Shown: positions 10,924-23,299 of the stretch, one piece after another
How the letters are laid out: every line of letters begins with the position of its first letter
How positions within the stretch are numbered: the first letter of the stretch is position 1
Source: Entomortierella parvispora E1425
Lineage: Eukaryota; Fungi; Mortierellomycota
Reading direction: 5' to 3'
Length of the DNA: 64,000 bases
Assembly (NCBI GenBank): GCA_020891255.1
Contig: BQFW01000005.1
Span: forward strand, 434,001 to 498,000
The notes under the pieces: generated by a model
Database searches by the model: none
What the model saw: only the letters and a program-made list of their open reading frames with translations
Told to the model about the DNA's origin: nothing
Made by a program: the position numbers and the translations under genes

Positions 10924-12372
10924 ATGGCCGCCCAACCCGTTCGTTCTGTCGACCGTCGTTTCACGACCACTGCATTCACCTACCCTGGCTACCACATCGC
11001 TGCCTCGCACGGTGTTGTTCGCGGGTAAGAATATTCTTATCCTTGTTTTGCTCTTTTCAGGGCTGTTGTTTCTCTCTAGCTCTCGAATACTCAGCGGCGC
11101 TCTTCCCTCGTGTTTTTTTTTGCATCTTTCCAACGTTCTTCACTGCTTAAAAATCCATATGATGTTCTTGGCTAACTTCTATGACCCCTCTGGATGAACA
11201 ACTTGTGGATAGACTGACTGTCCGTAACCCCAACGTAAGACCGCGAATCGAACCTCGGTAGTCTTTCCTCCTTGTTCTTGCTCCTCGTTTCCAAGGGCAA
11301 TTATTCTTGGAGAGTCTCGTTTTTCCTCTACCTCTTTTATGTTTCCTCTTGAAACTCAACCCTTTTTTGCTTCACTTCTTTCATAGGCTGGAAAAGCTAT
11401 CGTCGGAGCCTTTGCTTCCTTTACAGGAGGAGAGAGTTCGACCTACATTGAGATGGCTGAGAAGGCTCGTGAGAGAGCCTTCTTGAGAATGTTGGAGCAT
11501 GCCGCTGCTGCCGGTGGAAACGGTAAAGAGAGAGAGAGAGAAAACAGACGGACAGTTTCCCCCCAGCCTAGGCTCTGCAGTTCCCTTCCTTCATGACCGA
11601 CTGCACCATCATGAAGTTTTTTACCCACACCTGCTCACACTTACGCAAAAACTTTGTATCTGTGTCCCGTCTTTGTTGTTGACTTTAGCTGTCATTGGAG
11701 TCCAGTTCACAGGACAGGAGATTGTAAGTCAATGAGCATGAAGAAAGCAAGTACACACCACACGCAGTATCGTGATATTTAACCAATGTCCTTTGTTCTT
11801 CGTTTGCGGGATTATTTTAGGTCCAAGGGTAAGTAGAGCCATGAGAACCCTGTTAGCGAAACCTCTTCTGGGCTAAGCGCGTTTAGGACAAACGAAAAAG
11901 GCACCCGACATAGTCGTTTTCAGACGTTTTTTTGTTTACACCGTTTAGTGCAGCCCACTTAAGGGGGCGTAGTGGCCACCATCGAAGAAGGTAGGCTCGT
12001 CACCATCCCCTCCGCCAGCCACAGTGAGGTGAACACCAGCCCTCACTGACTGTCAGAGGGGATGGTGACGAGCCTGCGAAGGAGGGCAGTTGTTTCGAGA
12101 ATGACCGTAGGAGATTAACATGCCCGTCATCGTTTGTTTGTTGCCTTAGAATGACAGAGGTTATGGCGTACGGCACCGCAGTTTCCTTAGTTCCTCTCCA
12201 ACAGGCCCCCCCTCAGTCGCCAGCACAGACATTCAGCCAGTCTCAGCCTCAATCGCCTTATTCCCAGCCTCCTGCCTCGATCCCTCAGCAACAGCAGGCT
12301 TTCTCCCCTGTCCAGCCTCAGCAGCAGCAGCAGTACGTTGTCCAGCAGCCTTACCAGCCTGCCAAGAACTAA
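10924..12372 (+). CDS. YbjQ/UPF0145 (putative heavy-metal-binding) family protein with Q/P-rich tail; 6 exons: 10924-11024, 11213-11234, 11387-11522, 11689-11723, 11821-11828, 12150-12372
   Basis: The spliced product is 525 nt and reads FTTTAFTYPGYHIAASHGVVRGLTVRNPNAGKAIVGAFASFTGGESSTYIEMAEKARERAFLRMLEHAAAAGGNAVIGVQFTGQEIVQGMTEVMAYGTAV, the YbjQ pattern (GVVRG...R..A...M...A...G.NAVIG...EV.AYGTAV). All introns are GT-AG and phases are consistent. Confidence 0.85.
11993..12075. repeat. Intronic inverted repeat / hairpin (perfect 20-bp stem plus inner 8-bp stem)
   Basis: aggctcgtcaccatcccctc (11993-12012) is the exact reverse complement of gaggggatggtgacgagcct (12056-12075); inner cagtgagg (12022-12029) pairs with cctcactg (12041-12048). 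Confidence 0.9.
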
Positions 12373-14140
12373 GAGGATGCGATTGATCATTTTGCTGAAT
12401 AGGATCGGAAGTCTGGATCCCTAATGTCTTAATAAAATGGGAGAAGGCCCAGTTTGGAGCCCAACCTGCGTTCATGCCATAGACTCCACAGTCGCGTTCG
12501 CCAGTGGCCGGCAAGAGGTAGACACGCCTTTTGTATCGATGACAGGAGTCCTTCTGATTGAGAAGAGCTGAGAGGGATGGAGGAGGTTATATTGGGGGGT
12601 CATCTTGTGAGCAATATATAGCAGCAGGTCTTTTACCACGCGTCCAATCGGTGAGGTGACTAGCAGAGAACAGGCATGGCACAAAAAAAAGGCGATATTT
12701 GTTTTTTATTTCAAAATGAGTCGGACGATAGAGTATGCAGGTTGAAGTCGATAGGCTAGACCGCGGATATCGAAGGCAAGTCTATCTGATCGACAGCTTT
12801 GCTGGGGAAGCAGCTGGACCAAGAGAGAGCTCCTCGACCGACGTTACCTTTTTTGCATGATGTCTAGCAATTAAAGGGTCTTCCGGCTGCAAATTGACTG
12901 TGCACTGCACTGACAACTGAGTAGTAAAACACACGCCGACTGCGACTTCAGAGTAGGAGAAATCACTCTTACTCTCGCCAGCTGTGTTGACGCACATACA
13001 GACGTTGCTGAGAACAGAGTCGTTCACATTCAATCGCTGTCATTGTTACTGCTATTGCTTTTACGCGTTTAACGTGTTTCTACAGAAATGAAGGCTGAAG
13101 GGCCAACCTTTTCCGCCTTTTTGCAATATCTAGGTCTGTTTGCTACGGGAGTCTACGATCCTCTTGTTTCTAAGACCTCAATTTTGCTATTTGCTGCTCA
13201 AAGATCCTGCGTCTTTGCGGTCTATGGCGTCCAGGTTTATGGCCTTCGCTATCTTTGCTCACAATGTCTACACCCCAGACATGTTTGTAGTGACTCTATG
13301 TAAACCCCATCTTTTCTCAGCAAGAATTGAACCGATATTTGAGTGGAACAATGTTTTCGACGTGAACCCAAAGACACGGTGGAGGGACGATCAACCCTCA
13401 TATATCATATAAGAGAAGGGGCGCCACCAATTACTTGTATGATTTCGACATTGCAACCATCAAAGCAGCCACTGCTCAGGCTGCTGAGATCCATGAAAGG
13501 TAAGGCGGTTGGTAACACGGCATCGGAGACATAGGATCTAGAGCCGGGACTGATAAACTGATTCATTTGCCTTCTTGCTATGGTAAACAGAAGGCGTCAG
13601 TCAATGTATCAACCTTTTGAGGGCGCGCGCGCCCTACAGAAACAACTCGAAGATTGACCCTGATCAAAACCATGAAGAGGCAGGCAGTGAATGTATTAAT
13701 GGTTTTGTTTGCAACAACAACGAACAGTCGAGAATAAGAAACTAACAAATATCCATGAAAACCAGGCCGAGATTGTGGAGGAGCAATCCCAAGTTCTCGC
13801 ATTTTGCCAGAGACCTCTCACAATCATGCAGAGGAGCCTTCTTTCAAGCGATATTTTTGTGCCTCTATTTGGAGCCCGTCCTCCTTGGCCCTCATTAACC
13901 CATTGGCACCAGGTCGCGTGCCCAAATCTCTTTGCGAACTTTCAAGTGCATGGAAGCCAGTGATGGATAGAAAAACTTGTAGTGCTGCACATATCATAGA
14001 GTATTTTTTGAAGTGGGTCGTGTATTTGAACGGGACATGTCCCTCTGTGCGTACTTTAAACAATAGTATTTTTTTTTTCGTCCTCATGCAATTTCTACGT
14101 CGTCGTGGGTTACAGCTGAATCGTCGATGCAAAAAAGGAT

Positions 14141-14843
14141 TTAATGGTCACCGTGGTGAGCATGGCCCTCCTTGCTGAGTCTCCACTCTATCAGTTTGTA
14201 AAAGAGAGAGATGAAAAAAAAATGTCAATAATCGTGTCATCCAGTCAAAAACAAAAAAGAGGGAGATAGCGAGTCGAGTCCAATAGTCGGATCGCTCCTG
14301 AGAAAATATATCCTGATTGATAGCATGGGTTGTCCAAAAGAATCCTTCCTTGTTCCTGACACTCATGATCCTGTTGGTCCATAAATAGTATCCCGATGGC
14401 CAGCAGTTCCCAAAGAGATTATTGTCATGAACGTACGGTGGTTCTCCTTGCCCCAAGAGAACAAGGCGTATCCCAAACCAAGAGGGACTCCGATGTAGAA
14501 AGCCTGTCCGGTAACACGACGGAAGGTGTTGAAGACAGCCTGGTGAGCGGCACCAGCAAAGGCACGCTGCTCATAGGGAGAGAGAACGTAGACGGCAATT
14601 CCGCGCTGCTTGGGGGCGCCCAAATGTCCCCACCAACCCATCCATTTTCCTAAAAAGAGGTTCGGAAAGAAAAGGAAAGCATTAATTTAAACACGCCTTC
14701 AGAGAGTCTCCAGATTTCGACATGAAGTGGATGGCGCGCGATGGGAGAGATCGAGCGAGCAATCTGCTTCATGGATGACAAGGGTGCCGCGACGGACAGA
14801 GCGACGGAGAGTCGGACAGTCAGGGAGACGTACCGCCAGCCAT
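14141..14843 (-). CDS. QCR8: Cytochrome bc1 complex subunit 8 (3 exons)
   Basis: Exon 1 is 10 nt (ATGGCTGGCG, 14834-14843); exon 2 GKWMGWWGHLGAPKQRGIAVYVLSPYEQRAFAG...FNTFRR; exon 3 QWRLSKEGHAHHGDH*. Contains the QCR8 hallmark MGWWG..G.P.Q.GI..Y.LSP.EQ. Confidence 0.92.
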
Positions 14844-15326
14844 TGTTGATTATAAGAGTAGAGAGAGAGAAAGAAGGGGAAGTGATGAAGGAGATGAAAT
14901 CAGCTTCGGGAATTGCTTTGATACACAGCGAGTTGTGGCGTTGGCGAGTCCAGCTTTCCGAAGAGACGGAGCGACGTGCGAGCGCCGTGGAGGGCCGATT
15001 TGTTTATGTTTCTGTTCCTGCACACGGAATGAACCCTCTGTAGCTGCACACGGGGATAGTGCGGATACAACGAGGCTAATTTGAGCACACGTATGCGTAC
15101 GTGGCTCAGTCCCTGGTCGCCCCGCTTGCGCTGCCCTCTGCACGTTCGTGTTTGTTTCTGTTGGCTGGGAGGGAGGGGAAGAAGAAGAGCAGAGCGAGAA
15201 AAGGGTCAACTCTCCCAGGCTGACTGGCTGACAGGACGGGGCGGCAGCAAAGGACGCAAAAACGGAATTTCACTTCTTCCATCCATCCAACCATCCCTCT
15301 CCCCACTCTCCCACACTCCCCCCATC

Positions 15327-17896
15327 ATGTTCCGCTCCATCCGCTCTGCCTCGGCTCTTGCCAAGGCCATGGTAATTACTCGCCCAGTCTCATCGACATC
15401 TTGCTTTTCTTTTCTGATGATTCGCACGATCCTTTCTCGTCGGGTTCCCCCTCCCCTGGTGCCTGAAATAATAACGGGATGGCCAGATTGTTTGGGGCAA
15501 CAATCCCAACACGGCACCCCACCTTGCTTCTCTTTCCCCCTGGGACCAGTCAAAAGTAGCTCTTCTATCCTCCTTGACTCTGGTCCCTGGGTCGAGAAGC
15601 ACCCCCCCTACAGACTCGCGGCAGTGGGACGGTCTCCATCAGGATCAGATCAGTGACGCCTTCCGTGTCGACCGTGGACTGGATTCAGCTGATTGTATCC
15701 CCGACACGGTCGATTCACTGGGGTGGACACAGGGCAGCGAGAATCAGACCAGGATGAAAACACACAATCGGCAGAACCGCATCTCAGCGCGGGCATGGGA
15801 ATCCAGAATAGCTTGACAACGACACTACTTTTGTTGCTCTCGTCATTCGGATCGGCTCTGTTTGTTCAGATCCCCGCGAATGCCTTTATATGTTCATCGA
15901 CTGCCCCACCAGGGCCAACCTTGTTGGGTTTGGGTGAACTGTGGGCCGGCGAGGCACCTTTGGCCGAATTTTTTTTTATCTTTATTTTGCACATCATCTC
16001 TTCCCGTTGTGTTTTCGTCGTTGGCATCCACTAATCACAATCATCCTTCCATGATCATCATCTCTTAGCCCCGCATGAACCCTGCTGTCCAGCAGAAGCG
16101 CTTCTTGTCCATCCACGAGTACCTTTCCATGGAGCTTCTCCAGAAGCAGGGAATCAAGACTCCCCGTGGTGGTGTCGCCAAGTCCGGCTCCGAGGCCTAT
16201 GCCATCGCCGAGAAGCTCGGTAGGTCCTTGATAACACGATTTAAGAGATCGTTTTTGCTCGTGAAATGGGCCGATAACACACTTTGCGCATGCTTTGTGT
16301 CGCGAGACACAGTGGAAATCGACCTATGGGATATGCACGTGTTGGCCTGGATCACCCGATGGACCAAGTACAGGAACGCGGCTAGCTCAATTGGTTCTGT
16401 GAAGATGTTATCCATGACAATTTCTTTCAAGGGTTCAATTGGCCAGGCTTGCTTGCCTGTGTCGAGTGTCGATTGTGATTGCCAACCTCTTTACTGGCGC
16501 GGAGCGCGGACAAAGATTTTTGGAGCCTGAACATCCGTCACTGCTCAAGACGTAATGGCTGATCATCCCTGTTATTCATGCTTATAGGAACTGAGGATAT
16601 GGTCATCAAGGCCCAGGTTTTGGCCGGTGGTCGTGGCAAGGGTACTTTCGACTCTGGCTTGAAGGGAGGTGTCCGCACCATTTTCTCGTAAGTTCTAGTG
16701 CTATGGTCCCGGGTCGCTTCGGCTTTAGTCAAGGGTTGTTCTCCAGGTCCTAACCTATTTCCCATGTTTTCGTGTTTAACCCATAGCCCCCGTGAGGCTC
16801 AGATGTTCGCCGAGCAGATGATCGGACACAAGTTGGTGACCAAGCAGACCGGTGCTGGTGGAAAGATCTGCAACTCTGTCTACATTTGCGAGCGTCAGTA
16901 CGTCCGTCGCGAGTACTACTTTGCCGTCCTCATGGACCGCAAGTCCCAGGGCCCCGTCATGGTCGCCTCTTCCCAGGGAGGAGTTGACATTGAGTCTGTC
17001 GCCGCTGAGAACCCCGAGGCCATTCTCCAGTTGCCCATTGACATCAACAAGGGTGTCGATCGCGTTGCTGTCCGCGACCTCGCCGAGCGCATGGGATTCA
17101 CCCCCAAGTGCGTTGACCAGGCCACCGATACCATGATCAACCTCTACGATCTCTTCATGCAGAAGGATGCCACCATGGTTGAGATTAACCCCATGGCCGA
17201 GTCCTCTGACCACGAGGGTAAGTTTCAATCTAGCAAACAGGCTTTTAATGCACCCCCAATGGAAGGTCAAACTTGTTTCTCACATTTTCTTTCTATCTGT
17301 TTCTAGTCATCTGCATGGATGCCAAGATCAACTTCGATGATAACGCCGAGTTCCGTCAGCACGAGGTCCACGCTCTCCGCGATGTTACCCAGGAGGATCA
17401 GCGTGAGGTCGCTGCTGCCAAGTACAACTTGAACTACATTGGATTGGATGGATCCATCGGATGCCTCGTTAACGGTGCCGGTTTGGCCATGTCCACCATG
17501 GATATCATCAAGTTGCACGGTGGTGAGCCCGCCAACTTCTTGGATGTTGGTGGTGGAGCCACTGCTGAGCAGGTCACTGAGGCCTTCAAGATTATCTCGT
17601 CCGATCCCCGTGTGACCACCATCTTCACCAACATTTTCGGAGGAATCATGTCTTGCCGTGTCATTGCCCAGGGTATCATTGCTGCTGCCTCTACTCTCCA
17701 GCTCCAGATCCCTCTCGTCGTCCGTCTTCAGGGAACTGAGGTCGATGAGGCCAAGAAGTTGATTGCTGAGTCTGGACTCCGCATCATCTGCTCGGATGAT
17801 TTGGATGATGCTGCCTCCAAGTCCGTCAAGCTCAGCAAGATGGTCAACATGGCTCGTGAGGCCAAGATCAACGTCAGCTTCGAGTTGCCCATTTAA
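15327..17896 (+). CDS. LSC2: Succinyl-CoA ligase beta subunit, mitochondrial (probably ADP-forming)
   Basis: Presequence [15 protein letters not shown]; [97 protein letters not shown]; multiple GT-AG introns. Confidence 0.95.
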
Positions 17897-20650
17897 ATCA
17901 TCTCTCTCGACCTTCAGAAATCAACAATTTTAGAGTGAAGGAGAGCGGGTTTTTTTTAAAAAAAAGGCGAAAAGAAGAAGAGGAAAGGAGAGAATCATTT
18001 TTTTACATACACCGCACATGGCGAAAACCAAGAGTGTTTTTGCTGTCCAAACAACCATAAAAAAAGTCAATACATATTCTACATAAACGAATCGTTCATT
18101 ATCTATTCATCGCGTTTTGTTCTACTCTTGTGTCGACAAGAGGCGCTGTTGCTGTGTTGGCCACCGATGATGGACGACCTGCTCGACTGCGCCCTTACCC
18201 CATCATTTGCGAACCTGTTTGTTACCTTATAGAGAGAGGGGACGGGCAGGGACAGAGTGCAGGATGCGGGCGATCATCGAAGAGCTCTTCTGCTGCATGC
18301 AGGATTCCTAAACGGGACGCGCTCGCCCATAAAAAAAGAGGGGGGGACGCAATGCTCTCTGGTGAAGAGCTCGCAGGTTCCCCGCACTCCAAGCGAAGGG
18401 AAGTAAACAAACGCGGCCAAGTTTGTGTGTGTTTGTTTGTTTGCTTTGGTGAATAAACAAACCGGCATTCGTCACACAACAGCCATTGAAGAGAGAGTGG
18501 ATCAATTGTCCTCGCCCTTTTGCTTCGTTGTCGAAGAGAGGCCACCACTCGCAATACTAATGGTTCTTCCGTTATGTGCTTTTCCAATGACTGTCGTGGA
18601 CCATTCTCTAGACCTGGGCGCGTTTCTGAACTTTTTTTTTTTTTTTTTTTTTTTGAAATAGTCGAGGCCAGACAGACTGATAGAGAATAACAATGCATTG
18701 ACCAGCACTCCTGGACCCAAATTAATAAAAAGATGTTGGTAGTGTAGTTCATTGTCATTATCGTTTCCTCCCGTGTCTCTCCTCTTTCCCTTGCCATTCC
18801 CCGCTTATCGGCTTTTGCCCTCGATCAAGATTGCACTCACGGACCAAAGGAGCAAAATCAACAATTCCAGCTGGATCCCGCGTAGCAGCATCAATTCCTA
18901 CAGGAGACGACTGAGCGGGCGAACTGAGGTGAGCTCTTCTGGTTCCACTGATAATCTCCTGTGCAATTATGGTCTTAAGTATCCAGCTGGTTTATCCATC
19001 TGACCAGTTTCTCCATGTTTTGTGTTTTGTATTGTTGAGGCTGTAAAATCGATGGTATTGTTGTCAAATTGCCCTCGAACCAACCCATCGGGAACGCACG
19101 TAGCTTACGGGTACCACAACCCCGAAGAAAGACGCCTCATAGAAAGGGTAGATCCGGCATGTGCGGGTGCACGCGAGTTTCTGAGCTACTTGGTATAGCT
19201 AGACCAGAGAGGAGCATGTAAATGAGCAGCGTCCCCTTGTCAGACGATAATTCTAAGTAATTCTTCTCGTTTTACTCATGAATTGAATAACACTATGCAC
19301 ATGTCAAGGCCTTAGTCTTGAATAAGGGTATCCGTTCTGGAGAAAGAGGGGTGGTAACGATGGCGTCAACGGCGTTTAGGGTGATTGTTACCCCATCTGC
19401 CCCAGGTTTATACAAATATAGCAAGATCGAGCAAGAAGTGCAATGATTCGTGCCCCGTACAGGTTTGTTACCTCGCCCAGAGTGTTACAAAAAACAAAAT
19501 GCCGAAACCTACCAAGGAAGCAAGAGCGGGGAACCTTTACATCCGTGGTGGGGGAGAGAAACACACGATCATGGAGGTGAATGAACTTTTGATTCGCTCC
19601 AGGGTTTAGTTCTTGACCCCCCCCCCTTTGGAAGTTCATTGTGGTCGACAAAAAAAAATGAAAAAATGGCCTGGAGAATTCCTGTTGCTTAATCAGGGTC
19701 CCCGCGTTTTACAATCCCTTCTTCACCCTCATCAACCTTGCTCTAAAGGCGCTCTCCAGTCTTCGATTGTTTTGTCCGCTTGATCATGGACGTACAATTG
19801 ACAGGCTGCAGAGCCTTGAGATAAAAAAAATAGCGAAAACTCGAAGATAATTGAAAAATGGGGGGTGCGGTCCGAAAGGCAAAAAACAACAGCCAGCCGT
19901 TAACAACTGCCCGTCATTAAGAAGTTGCATCATTAATGATCAATGGGATTCGGGGAGATGTGTGGGGATGGTCTAGGAGAGCACGGATACAGACTCTCGA
20001 GCGGGTTAGTGGAGAAAGTCAAGTAATGAACCGCGAGAGCTAGAACCACCCCCACCAAGCAGCGGTCCAATTATCATTGGCCCCTCTACTTTGATCCAGC
20101 ACATGGACTGAAAAAGGACCACCGAGCTGAGCTGCAACAGAGCAGGAGAGATCTGTATAATGTTGCCGAGTCTTTGATGGCCTTTTTTTTTTTTTTTTGC
20201 GCTCAGCCGTTTCTTGTCATGTGCAGTGAAAAGGTGGGCAGCGAATGGCTCAGGAGCAGTCGGAGGAAAAATTGCCATCAAAAAACCCGAGAGGTTCTAA
20301 CTTGTAACGCCATTGGGCGAAAGGTGGTAATCTGTCTCTTTCATATCGCTTGTAGCCGTTGGTCGCCAGCAGGGGTATAGCCATTTTTCTATCTAGTCCG
20401 GAGTTTTATTGAGTGCTGCCAGAATAAGGGTACGACCTTACACTCCCTGTTGCTTTTCTAGGATCCTTCAGCTCAAGCACGGGGAATCTGACAATGTGTG
20501 TTTGTGCGTCGGTACACAGCGAGCCCCTCAAGAAAAAATCCAACTTTGATGAAAAAAGTGGATCTTCCCCGCTTTTTTTTATTCCGATCACTTTTCCCTC
20601 TACGTACTAGCTTGCACTTCTCATAGTAGACGAGTTATTTTCATCGTTCA

Positions 20651-20756
20651 GTCCTTTCGCACCGTGTTGCCCCTGCTACATGTTTGTCGTTGCCAGTTGG
20701 TTCGTCCTTTCGCACCGTGTTGCCCCTGCTACATGTTTGTCGTTGCCAGTTGGTTC
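20651..20756. repeat. Perfect 53-bp tandem duplication
   Basis: gtcctttcgcaccgtgttgcccctgctacatgtttgtcgttgccagttggttc occurs at 20651-20703 and again at 20704-20756. Confidence 0.95.
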
Positions 20757-21734
20757 ACTGTGTTTTCGATGTGTAACCCAATAAATTCTTTGCCACCAAT
20801 TTTGGGACTGAGAGCGGCGAACCTCGGTACTTGTCTTAGAAGCTGCATCGCCTGTGAAGTTGACCCTTCGCTTACTTAGCAAACGAGGTAACAAGCGGAG
20901 TCAAGGCCATTAGTTGATGCTATGCATTAGTCTTGGGAATGAGCGAAGAGACCGAAGGAAAAAAGAAAAAACCTTGGACAAACATTGACGCGAGGTGTGA
21001 ACCAAGGGATCCCGAAGGTAGTGAGGGAACCAAAAACCTTTTAAGCTGCCCGTCTTTTTTGTGCAGTTTGATACATTTTAAGATGCCCGCAGCGTTACTC
21101 AATCACGGTCATTGTACTTGTACAGCATCCTTTTTGTCTTACACTGCCGATTGTGGCTCCCATTCACCCTTCCCACAGCTGGGAATATGGTTTCTCTTCA
21201 CTCAATGAGGAAAGAAATGAATTGACGACCTCAGTGCCGATTTCTTGCAGAATAGTATAGCCGTCTGTGATTTGTTTGCTGAGGCGGATCCTCTTTGAGC
21301 TCTCGTGCCACTCAGGCAGGGCCTTCGCTTTCTCTCACATTCCCCTCTTTTCCCCAAACTTCAACCCTGATGGCCGTTTCTGTCAGTAGCCATGATAGGA
21401 GTCCATGACCTCGCCTCGCCCCTCTTCTCCCAGTTTGGTATAAATACTCGACTCCGACAGGTGTCATGGCACTTTTGTGTTCTTACTTCTCAACGCTCCA
21501 AGTTCACACTTCTCAACAAAAACCTCCCTCTCCTCCTCCACACCTCTTCTTCCTCATCTCCTTCGCTCACATTCAAACTCCTTTTTCCTTCTCCACATAC
21601 CCTCTCGATCCCTGACATCCATCACACACACGCACACCACTCCCGCATTATAAAAGATACCCCCCGCCCTTTCACAGCCCTCATCTTTCCTCTCAACCCC
21701 TCCCTTTCTTACATCCATTCAACCAGCACTCAAC

Positions 21735-22476
21735 ATGAGGGAAGAAGTCGATACCCAGGCTGCCGAGCTCGCCAGCATCAAGATCGTGTCCAGACAGTCA
21801 TCTGTCCGCTCCATCAAACCCCAGAAGATGTCTATCCTTGACAATGTTGTCTTCTGTACCATCCTCTGCCTGATCGGTGGAGTTGCCACTGCCTCCCAGG
21901 GAGCTGTCAACTCCAAGTTGGGAGAGTACACTGGTCAGGGTCTTTCCTCGACCATTGTCTTTTGCATGGGTAAGAAGACAGAGCAACCGCAGTGATTTTA
22001 TTCGTTGATCAGGGGAGACAATCTGTCCTCCCCGAATCCTCCCCTTTCTGGCTAGCTGCCTTTCCGATTGAAAAATTCTAGGTTTTTTTTTTGTGTGGTG
22101 CCTTTGCCCTTACTCACACATTTTTCGTCCAATCTGATCCGATCCAACTACAGGTGCCATTGCGTCATGTATCTACTTCTTAATCGAGGTCAGGGGCCGT
22201 CCCCCAACGAACCTGCTCATCATGATGGCCAAGGCCCCTTGGTGGTCCTGGAGCGGAGGTGTGATCGGTGCCATCTTTGTCATCATTACGATTCTTGTGA
22301 TCCCACAACTGGGGGCAGGTACCACGACGGCCATCATCGTGTGTGCCCAGCTCGTGTTCTCCTGTATCGTTGACAACTTCACGTTCTTTGGTATCCCTTA
22401 CCGAAAGTACACCGTCTGGCGCCTACTTGCCACCGTTGGTCTCATCGCCTGCGTCGCTGTCATTGCCAAGTTTTAA
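21735..22476 (+). CDS. DMT-superfamily small exporter, YdcZ/DUF606 type (2 exons)
   Basis: GGVATASQGAVNSKLGE...LSSTIVFCMG / APWWSWSGGVIGAIFV...IPQLGAGTT...IVCAQLVFSCIVDNFTFFG matches the YdcZ pattern (Q..VN..L; PWW...GG..GA; G......QL.....D.FG.FG). Intron at about 21970-22153. Confidence 0.85.
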
Positions 22477-23299
22477 AATAACGGCTTCTAGCGTGGACAA
22501 AGTCCATTCCCCCTCTTTGGCAAGAGAGACTGCGTATCCTAGGCTGGTGGTTGGGAGAGAGATGTTTTTTTTGATCTCTCTCAAATTCCTGCACGAACCG
22601 AACGACGTTTTTGTTTAGAAGTTTTTGTTTTTTTTTTGTAAATAGTGTGGGTATAGATGTTAGAGGCGAGCAGCGTTTTTTCTTTCTTCATCCTTTCCTC
22701 TTGAGATCCTTGAGAGGAGAGTGATGGAGAGTTTGTGACCTTTTACCATCCCATGGACTATTTAGATGAGTTTCATTTTTCATAGTCTAAAACATATCGC
22801 GATACCATGATACCACCCACTGAACTGTTTGGATCTCCTTTTCTACGGTCTTGGGTCGGTATGGGGACGAAGAAGGACGACGTTGTATGTAACATTATTT
22901 TCTTATTTTTCCTCTTTCATCCTCATTTTCTTTTTTTTTCTTTTTCTCCAATAAAAAGTAATTGGATTCAACAGAAGATATGTTGTCAACGGTGTTCCAA
23001 GGGTAGAAGGTGACAGAAGGACAAAAAACGGTAAATTGGTGGCGCTTAAGGGGTGCCTTCAATTGAACTTCCTTGTCGGACTGCCTTTTTTTTTGTGGGA
23101 ACAGACGAAGTCGTTGCCTCCTCTCTCTTCCTCTCTTGTTCCCTTCCTTCCCTCCTTCTCCTTCGCCATTATTTCTTTTAGGACCAGCCTCCCTTCGATC
23201 ACGTCTGTGTTGCCTCAAAGAGCAGCATCAGTAGTAGTACCAAAGATTTATAGACGTACTCTTATTATACAGCGAAGGCCGCTTTTCAAATATACAGGC

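Noticed and set aside
14141-14843. Mitochondrial insertion (NUMT) because of respiratory-chain content
   Set aside because: QCR8 is nuclear-encoded and here has spliceosomal introns.
15410-15470. C/D-box snoRNA in the LSC2 intron (TGATGA...CTGA)
   Set aside because: The boxes are only ~50 nt apart, with no terminal stem or recognisable rRNA guide.
17900-21700. Hidden genes or ncRNAs in the long intergenic region
   Set aside because: I saw only short ORFs dominated by homopolymer runs, and no tRNA, snRNA or rRNA signatures recognisable by eye.
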